Below are positions 58,150 to 64,000 of a stretch of DNA of 64,000 nt, one piece after another. The notes below the pieces were generated by a model, which worked only from the letters and a program-made list of their open reading frames with translations, had not been told where the DNA came from and made no database searches. The DNA comes from a bacterium (GTDB lineage: Bacteria > Margulisbacteria > Marinamargulisbacteria > SXXA01), in NCBI GenBank assembly GCA_947465765.1, contig CANIAP010000001.1, positions 98,371-162,370 on the forward strand, in the 5' to 3' direction. The position numbers and the translations under genes are program-made. How positions within the stretch are numbered: position 1 is the first letter of the stretch; each line of letters begins with the position of its first letter.

Positions 58150-59637
58150 TTACTCCCTGGAGATGGCATCCATCGGCGAAATTTTTCTCGCGATCAGGAT
58201 GGGATAGATAACGGAGACAGTGGTAACAACGATCAATTGAAGAACGCCCAATCCAATATCGGGGAGCGACAGCACCGGATTGAAGGTGGTTCCACCGTAG
58301 AATAATTCGACAAAGTTATTGGCGGCTTTAATGTGGAGGAGTCGGAGAACGGTGACCAGTAGGGTCCCTGCGATAATGCCTGCGCCGCCAAATACGATGG
58401 ACAATACCCCTGTTTCCATGATGAATAGCCAGGAGATAAATCGGCGACGGGCCCCAATGGCGCGCATCATTCCGATCTCGGCAATCCGTTCCATTGCGGC
58501 GAGACTAAGGGTATTTGTGATGACGATAATCGCGACAATGAAGACGGTCATGACGAAGCCAAAAAGAACGGCTCTCATTAATAATGCCATTTGTGCGACT
58601 TGGCCGAGGGCGGCCTGCCAGGTAATTGCTTTGGCCGGAAGGTGTTGGGCTTTGAATGATCGATTGAGTGTGATGAGTGTCTCAGAAATCGTCTGTTTGG
58701 GGTCAATTCGGACGAGTATGAGATTGTATCCAGAGGTGGCGGAGTCGGGGGTGATGGTCGGGACCGGCGTGGGTTGGGTGGGGGCGGCGGCGTCGTTATT
58801 ATCACCAAATAACATGTCGTCTAAATTCTGTTCGGGATGTTCTAATAATTCCTTGTCTTTTTCTGCAATTTTTTGAGGCTCTTTTTCATCGAAATACCCC
58901 ATGCATTGATTGTAACTTTGGATATCAATCAGACTAAAAAATCCCCAGAGACCATTAAACGCGGCGTATTTTCCAACGGCACGTACCTGGGCGATAATAT
59001 CCAGACTGGTGTTGCGATCGGAATATCCCATGTAAATCATTTGATCTCGGCGGATGACCGAGTCGGGGGGGGTCCCTTCGGGAAGGTTACGGGTCACAAT
59101 GCCTTCCCCAACGGGAACTGGCCACAAATTGGCGAACTTAAATAGTGCCTCCCGGCTTTGGGTCGATAAAATCAAGCCTGAGGTTGTGCCGGTTGGAAAT
59201 TGGCCTTCCACCAATTGGAGGCCGTTGGGGAACGTTCGGAAGTAATCGTCAAAATTGACCCCAAATAACATTTGAAAATAGGGTTCGGAGTCTTCGTTGA
59301 GAACGGTGACCATGCCTTTTGCCACGGGGAGCGCGTGTCGGACAGCGGTATTTTGGGTCACAATTTTGAGGACTTCACCGAGTCGGTTAATGGATTCCAC
59401 CGGTTCGCCCATCGGGGTGAAAAACACATTGTCCTTTAATTGCTCGGTGGATATCACCACGATGTCCCCGGTCATTCGCTGACGGAAATTTTGGGCCAGT
59501 CCCGCGTCGAGTCCTGATATGACGGCGTTTCCAACCGTCATAATTAATGCGCCGGTAAACAGAATGCTGCCAATGACTAGGGATTTTCCCCGATGGCGCA
59601 TCAGGTTTTTCCATGCGATTCGAAACACGATATTCAT
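58150..59637 (-). CDS. ABC transporter permease, FtsX/MacB/LolC type
   Basis: Same architecture as the neighbouring permease. FtsX module AEIGMMRAIGARRRFISWLFIMET. Confidence 0.85.
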   Translation of the reverse strand: MNIVFRIAWKNLMRHRGKSLVIGSILFTGALIMTVGNAVISGLDAGLAQNFRQRMTGDIVVISTEQLKDNVFFTPMGEPVESINRLGEVLKIVTQNTAVRHALPVAKGMVTVLNEDSEPYFQMLFGVNFDDYFRTFPNGLQLVEGQFPTGTTSGLILSTQSREALFKFANLWPVPVGEGIVTRNLPEGTPPDSVIRRDQMIYMGYSDRNTSLDIIAQVRAVGKYAAFNGLWGFFSLIDIQSYNQCMGYFDEKEPQKIAEKDKELLEHPEQNLDDMLFGDNNDAAAPTQPTPVPTITPDSATSGYNLILVRIDPKQTISETLITLNRSFKAQHLPAKAITWQAALGQVAQMALLMRAVLFGFVMTVFIVAIIVITNTLSLAAMERIAEIGMMRAIGARRRFISWLFIMETGVLSIVFGGAGIIAGTLLVTVLRLLHIKAANNFVELFYGGTTFNPVLSLPDIGLGVLQLIVVTTVSVIYPILIARKISPMDAISRE

Positions 59638-60311
59638 GATTCGACGATTCTTCCGTCCTTAATTTTGACGATACGTCGCGCGTATTGGAGGACTTCGGGA
59701 TCATGGGTTGAAAAAATAAATGTGGTTTTTTGGGTTTCGTTCAGGTGCTGCATGAGTTCCAATATCGTTGCGCCCGTTTGGGAATCCAGGTTGGCGGTGG
59801 GTTCGTCCGCGAGGACAATGTCCGGGTGGGTGACCAGTGCCCGGGCAATGGCGACTCGTTGGCGTTGTCCACCGGATAACTCCGAGGGACGGTGATGTGT
59901 GTATTGGGTGAGTCCCACTGCGTCGGCGAGTTCTTGGGCACGTTTTCGGATCTCGTCTTTGGACAATTTGTTCATCAGAAGAAGTGGGAATTCGATGTTT
60001 TCAAGGACGTCTAGAACCGCAATGAGATTAAATGTTTGGAAGATAAATCCGATTTTATACAATCTTAAATCGGTGCGGCCCCGGTCGTTCATCTTCGTGA
60101 TTTCTTTGCCGGAGATCATAACGGAGCCGGTGGATGCGGTGTCGATACATCCAATGATATTAAGTAACGTGGTTTTGCCACTTCCAGATGGGCCAATAAT
60201 CGATAAAAACTCGCCTTTTTCAACCGAGAAATCGACGCCTCGAAGGGCCGTAACGAGGGTTTCTCCGAGGGCATAATCTTTGGTGACATTGGACAACTGG
60301 ATGATGGGCAT
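59634..60311 (-). CDS. ABC transporter ATP-binding protein (LolD/MacB-ATPase type)
   Basis: Walker A GPSGSGKTT, signature LSGGQRQRVAIARAL, Walker B ADEPTANLD. 225 aa. Confidence 0.92.
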   Translation of the reverse strand: MPIIQLSNVTKDYALGETLVTALRGVDFSVEKGEFLSIIGPSGSGKTTLLNIIGCIDTASTGSVMISGKEITKMNDRGRTDLRLYKIGFIFQTFNLIAVLDVLENIEFPLLLMNKLSKDEIRKRAQELADAVGLTQYTHHRPSELSGGQRQRVAIARALVTHPDIVLADEPTANLDSQTGATILELMQHLNETQKTTFIFSTHDPEVLQYARRIVKIKDGRIVES

Positions 60312-60337
60312 CGTGAGTTCCTTTTTGGGTTTATAAT

Positions 60338-61411
60338 TTATTCGTCAGAATGGTCAGTGTCCCGGGTGGGGATGTTGTACCCCTTTTTGGCTTGAGTCAG
60401 GTGCTTTTTTCGCCGTTCATCCTTTAGACGGTGAAGGTTGGTGGCCATTCGGGAAGTTTCCCCTTGTAATTTAATATAATGCTCGAGTCGATCTGGGCTG
60501 AGTTTCCCGTCTTGGACCGACTGGAGGACAGCACAGCCTCGGTTTTTTTGGTGGGAGCAGTTGGAATACTGACACTGCATCGCGAGCGCGGCGATGTCGT
60601 CAAAGGTTTCCTGAATGCCCTCGTCGGCGTCCCAAAGCTGGAGTTCTCTGAGTCCGGGGGTGTCGATTAATATGCCACCACCTTGCATTTCGATTAATTG
60701 ACGTTTGGTAGTGGTATGGGTGCCTTTAAAATGCCGCTCGCTGACCGCTTGGGTTTTGAGTAATTCGGAGTAGGTTAATTGATTGATTAAGGTTGATTTT
60801 CCCACACCGGACGGTCCGATTACCACGGCGGTGTGGCCGGGTGTGACCCAAGTCCGAATGGCGTCGACTCCGATTTTTTGGTCGCAACTACAGGTCAGAA
60901 TCGGCATGCCGGGACAGGCGCTGTTGAGGGCGGCAATCATCGGGGAGGGATCGTCGATCAGGTCGATTTTGCTTAGAATAATGGCGACCTGGGTGGCACA
61001 TTCCTTGGCCACCACTGCAAATCGTTCCACCCGTCGGACATTGAAGGTACTGTCGGCACTCTGGACCACCATAACCTGATCGATATTGGCGACCAGCACT
61101 TGCTCATCGGATCGCTTACCGACGACTTTGCGAGAGAGCTTGGAGTATCTTGGGAAAATCGACCGAACCACTCCTTTTTTTTCGTTGCGGAGCATGTCGA
61201 TTTCGACCCAATCGCCAACGGTGGGCAATTGGGCCAAGGAATCACTTTTGAAGAGGAGTCTTCCGGCAATTTCACCGTCGATAGGACCATTTTCTGTGGC
61301 GACCCGATAGTGGTGACGGTTTTGTTCAATCACCCGCCCTAAAATATAAGGATGTTTAACGGTGAGTGTGGATTCTAATTCAGGCCGCCAACCGGGGAGC
61401 TGACGCGTCAT
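60338..61411 (-). CDS. rsgA: Ribosome small-subunit-dependent GTPase A
   Basis: Circularly permuted GTPase order (NIDQVMVV, SKIDL, GPSGVGKSTLIN, DTPG) and the zinc motif CQYSNCSHQKNRGCAV. Confidence 0.92.
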   Translation of the reverse strand: MTRQLPGWRPELESTLTVKHPYILGRVIEQNRHHYRVATENGPIDGEIAGRLLFKSDSLAQLPTVGDWVEIDMLRNEKKGVVRSIFPRYSKLSRKVVGKRSDEQVLVANIDQVMVVQSADSTFNVRRVERFAVVAKECATQVAIILSKIDLIDDPSPMIAALNSACPGMPILTCSCDQKIGVDAIRTWVTPGHTAVVIGPSGVGKSTLINQLTYSELLKTQAVSERHFKGTHTTTKRQLIEMQGGGILIDTPGLRELQLWDADEGIQETFDDIAALAMQCQYSNCSHQKNRGCAVLQSVQDGKLSPDRLEHYIKLQGETSRMATNLHRLKDERRKKHLTQAKKGYNIPTRDTDHSDE

Positions 61412-62325
61412 TGGGTGCGGTTACGGTAGCTATAAATCCAACTGGCACATCCGCCAATGAATAAGATACTCACAATGACCATCAGCGATATGCCCGTCGA
61501 AATAGGGTATATATCCGATGTGAGCATTTTGATCCCCACAAAGGACAAGATGCCGGCCAACGCATGGGTCAAATAATGAAAGTTCTGTACGGCACCGGCC
61601 AATGCAAAATAGAGCGATCGCAAGCCCATGATGGCGAAGACATTGGATGTAAATACAATAAATGGATCATGAGAAATGGCCAGTACAGCGGGGATCGAGT
61701 CGACTGCAAAGATAAGGTCGGTGACCTCCACCATGATCAACACTAACAGAAGTGGAGTGATGTATCGTTTTCCGTTTTGAATGACGATCAATTTGTCCTC
61801 AACATAATGGGGGGTGACACGAAATAATTTTCTTGAAATTCGTAAGATGATATTTTTTTCAAAATCCATTTCTTTCTGGTCTGTAATCAGCATTTTTATA
61901 CCGGTAAAGACTAAGAATGCACCAAATATATAGATGATCGGATGGAAGTAATGAAGTAATGAAATGCCCCCACCGATGAAGAGCCCTCTCATCACGAGAG
62001 CGCCGAGGATTCCCCAGAACAACACTTTGTGGTGGTATTTTTTTGCAACTTTAAATGATGCAAATAGCAAGACAAATATAAAGATATTGTCCACGCTGAG
62101 CGATTTTTCAATGACGTACCCTGCAAAAAATTCCATTGCTTTGGGGGCCCCCATTGTGGCCCAAATGAGTCCATTAAACGCAAGCGCGAGGGAGATCCAA
62201 ACGACACTCCATATGACGGCTTCTTTAACCTTTACCTCGTGGGAGTTCTTATGAAAGATCCCTAAGTCAACGGCGAGCATGGCCAGAACAAAGACGCCAA
62301 ATCCAATCCAGGGTAGTAATGACAT
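61408..62325 (-). CDS. TerC-family integral membrane protein
   Basis: EKSLSVDNIFIFVLLF and DLIFAVDSIPAVLAIS paired motifs. 305 aa. Confidence 0.88.
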   Translation of the reverse strand: MSLLPWIGFGVFVLAMLAVDLGIFHKNSHEVKVKEAVIWSVVWISLALAFNGLIWATMGAPKAMEFFAGYVIEKSLSVDNIFIFVLLFASFKVAKKYHHKVLFWGILGALVMRGLFIGGGISLLHYFHPIIYIFGAFLVFTGIKMLITDQKEMDFEKNIILRISRKLFRVTPHYVEDKLIVIQNGKRYITPLLLVLIMVEVTDLIFAVDSIPAVLAISHDPFIVFTSNVFAIMGLRSLYFALAGAVQNFHYLTHALAGILSFVGIKMLTSDIYPISTGISLMVIVSILFIGGCASWIYSYRNRTQ

Positions 62326-62328
62326 ACG

Positions 62329-62742
62329 TTATTTTCGACTCCATATTTTATTAAATTGATCCACACGTGCGGCACATAAATCATCCTGAATTCGCTCGAA
62401 TTTGACCGAGTCGCCGTCGATGGCAAATGTGTATGTGGCCGATAACGTACAGTCTCCGCTGGCGGTGACTCCTTCATTTTGCAAGATGATTTCGTTGCCC
62501 GTGACGCTATAGCTGCCCTCGGAGTCCGGGGTGGGTTGCCCGTCGAGGGTGACGATGAATCGACTATCTTCTTTAAATTGAATGGTTGCGGTAGGGGTTG
62601 ATTCTGACCGGGGAAGAGTCCAGTCACCAACGAGACCGGAGAGAGTAGGGGGGTCGACTGCAGCAGAGTCCTGATTGCGGCATGCTGGGAGTAATGCGAT
62701 GCCAAGACAACAGAGCGCGATCGATAGATAAGTGCGTTTCAT
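62329..62742 (-). CDS. Small lipoprotein of unknown function
   Basis: Lipobox ALLPAC at residues 17-22. The mature part looks beta-rich (lipocalin-like size). Confidence 0.65.
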   Translation of the reverse strand: MKRTYLSIALCCLGIALLPACRNQDSAAVDPPTLSGLVGDWTLPRSESTPTATIQFKEDSRFIVTLDGQPTPDSEGSYSVTGNEIILQNEGVTASGDCTLSATYTFAIDGDSVKFERIQDDLCAARVDQFNKIWSRK

Positions 62743-62866
62743 AATAAGGGGATGCTCCGGAATCTTTTTAGTATATTAGAGCGTGAGTGTCCCATGTTTT
62801 GAGCTGTTTTGTCATCAAATACTCACCTTGCGTCTGTTAATCAGACCATTAGAAATAGGGTAAGCG

Positions 62867-62935
62867 TTACTCTAGAACGACATGATTGGCACTAGCCATA
62901 GCATTGAGTTCCCCACGTTGCATTGCCTCCTTCAT
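62867..62935 (-). pseudogene. 22-codon mini-copy of the last repeat of the downstream-encoded HTH/35-aa-repeat protein
   Basis: The minus-strand reading MKEAMQRGELNAMASANHVVLE parallels DPQRGLLNTMASAHSNGF of the 206-aa protein. DNA block GGCACTAGCCATAG(C/T)ATTGAGT..CCCACGTTGC is shared between 62888-62920 and 63193-63225. Confidence 0.45.
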
Positions 62936-62961
62936 CTTTTGAGGCTTATTTTACGATCGAT

Positions 62962-63010
62962 GGGGGGCCAACGGGAGTATGGGGTTCGTGGATCGCTTAC
63001 GCAGCACCCC
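62962..63010 (-). repeat. Conserved upstream element, copy 1 (precedes the mini-copy on the minus strand)
   Basis: The core AGTATGGGGTTCGTGGATCGCTTAC flanked by G/C runs recurs at 63835-63873 upstream of the full-length gene. Confidence 0.7.
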
Positions 63011-63140
63011 TTGTTCCTGTGACGGCTGTTCTTTTTTTCATGGCTTCCATCATACCCTTTTTTGAGGATGGTTAATCATGGGTGCGCCTTCTTAGAGTAT
63101 TGAGATTGCGAAAGAGTGATTCGCAAGAATGGAAATCGTG

Positions 63141-63160
63141 GAAAAAGGCAAACGCCTTCT
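63141..63160 (-). terminator. Rho-independent terminator after the 206-aa repeat-protein gene
   Basis: Minus strand reads AAGGC-GTTT-GCCTT followed by TTTTC, a few nt after the TGA at 63164-63166. Confidence 0.5.
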
Positions 63161-63163
63161 TTG

Positions 63164-63784
63164 TCATTCCCGCGCAGGCGGGAAGCCATTAGAATGGGCA
63201 CTAGCCATAGTATTGAGTAGCCCACGTTGCGGATCAGTCAATTTCCCGCTTCGGATAGCCGTATTAAAAACATAATCTAAGTCGCGCCCAGTTAAATTTT
63301 CACTGATTGCCATGCTACAGAGCGCCATAAATTGGGCTCCGGTCAGCTTCTCGCTTTCGATGGCCGCCTTTAAAACATTTGTTAAGTCGCTCCCAGTTAA
63401 TTTTTCACTGATTGCCATGTAACAGAGCGCCGCACATTGGTCTGTGTCCAGTTCCCCGTCTCGGATAGCCGTCCTTAAAACATAAGCTACGTCGCGCTTA
63501 GTTAAATTTTTACTGATTGCCATGCTACAGAGCGCCATAAATTGGGCTCCGGTCAGCTTCTCGTTTTCGATGGCCGCTGTTTGGGTCGTTTTGAGCGCTA
63601 CAAAGCGGGACTTCGTAGTCTCCCGTCTCTTTTTGAGCCGTTTTCGACACCCCGTTCGCGTCATCCCGTTTTTGAATGCCGACACGCTGTAACCACACTT
63701 CTCACTGTATGTCCGCTGGCTCAGTTCGCTTTTTTGCCAGCCGATATATTCCGCTTCCCAGTCCATCACTTTCTCTTTTTCCAT
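63164..63784 (-). CDS. HTH (IS66 TnpA-like N-terminus) protein carrying four 35-residue tandem helical repeats
   Basis: N-terminus DWEAEYIGWQKSELSQRTYSEKCGYSVSAFKNGMTR resembles the W..W..SG.SQ..YC...G.S...F small HTH transposase-accessory proteins. Residues 67-206 form 35-aa repeats with the pattern AI...KLT..Q..ALC.MAIS..LT..DL..V. Confidence 0.75.
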   Translation of the reverse strand: MEKEKVMDWEAEYIGWQKSELSQRTYSEKCGYSVSAFKNGMTRTGCRKRLKKRRETTKSRFVALKTTQTAAIENEKLTGAQFMALCSMAISKNLTKRDVAYVLRTAIRDGELDTDQCAALCYMAISEKLTGSDLTNVLKAAIESEKLTGAQFMALCSMAISENLTGRDLDYVFNTAIRSGKLTDPQRGLLNTMASAHSNGFPPARE

Positions 63785-63834
63785 GCTTGCCCTCCGTAGT
63801 TTTTGTTTCCTACAGAACTTTAGCCCTATTTTTT

Positions 63835-63873
63835 GGCGGGGGGCAGTATGGGGTTGCTGGAGCGCTTACCCCC
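63835..63873 (-). repeat. Conserved upstream element, copy 2
   Basis: GGCGGGGGGCAGTATGGGGTTGCTGGAGCGCTTACCCCC. Same orientation and same relative position (upstream of the gene on the minus strand) as copy 1. Confidence 0.7.
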
Positions 63874-64000
63874 TTAGATCCGACATCGAAGAATAAAAAG
63901 ATAGCTATACCCGTTCCAAAATGAAACCCAGCTTCCAAATCGCTCTGGTCACATATAAGGAATATGCTCCCGCCACGATTTGAAACCTGAATTCTATTTT

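Noticed and set aside
62743-62866. yybP-ykoY (Mn) riboswitch upstream of the lipoprotein-terC pair, since TerC genes often carry one
   Set aside because: The minus-strand leader has a GGTGAGT...ACTCAC stem but lacks the conserved GGGGAGUAG and distal UUGACAUA-type blocks as I recall them. terC is also the second gene, not the first.

Overview
64-kb chromosomal segment of an unidentified diderm-type bacterium. It uses the standard genetic code, has Shine-Dalgarno-led starts, and is densely packed, with many 1-nt or 4-nt start/stop overlaps. All functional calls rest on motifs I recognise in the translated ORFs; I could not run any database search. Most of the window is housekeeping. Central metabolism: PPi-PFK C-terminus, glpK, class I aldolase fbaB, asd, ispG. 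Pterin genes: folE, a tandem PTPS/QueD-like gene, folB. Translation and replication: gltX, dnaG plus a ~300-aa sigma-70, polA, rsgA, comM. A complete F1Fo operon (atpBEFHAGDC) runs directly into a dedA-family gene. Other core genes are carA-purF-carB, a DegT-type aminotransferase, clpS-clpA and an IscA/HesB protein. A tight five-gene envelope operon encodes an ABC ATPase, two FtsX permeases, a LolA-like protein and a beta-barrel OMP. RNA genes are a type-A RNase P RNA (minus strand, 16367-16715) and a tRNA with a CAU anticodon (19492-19568). I found no CRISPR array, reverse transcriptase, intact IS or prophage. The regions most likely to hold undescribed biology are these. (1) Two large orphan helical proteins without signal peptides: 1657 aa directly downstream of clpS-clpA, and ~830-899 aa wedged between rnpB and the tRNA, the latter with an EF-hand-like loop. 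(2) A translationally coupled kinase-fold protein plus LRR protein. (3) At the right edge, an HTH protein carrying four 35-residue tandem repeats, a collapsed 22-codon mini-copy, and a conserved upstream element. (4) A ~610-aa divergent NMO/FabK-like TIM-barrel candidate with a Cys-rich tail. (5) A bacterial deoxyhypusine-synthase-like gene overlapping a class IV aminotransferase. (6) A decayed tRNA-flanking islet: tandem 28-mer, GIY-YIG gene, 26-bp palindrome and a Fic fragment. None of these can be assigned a function from sequence alone, and the interest scores reflect that.
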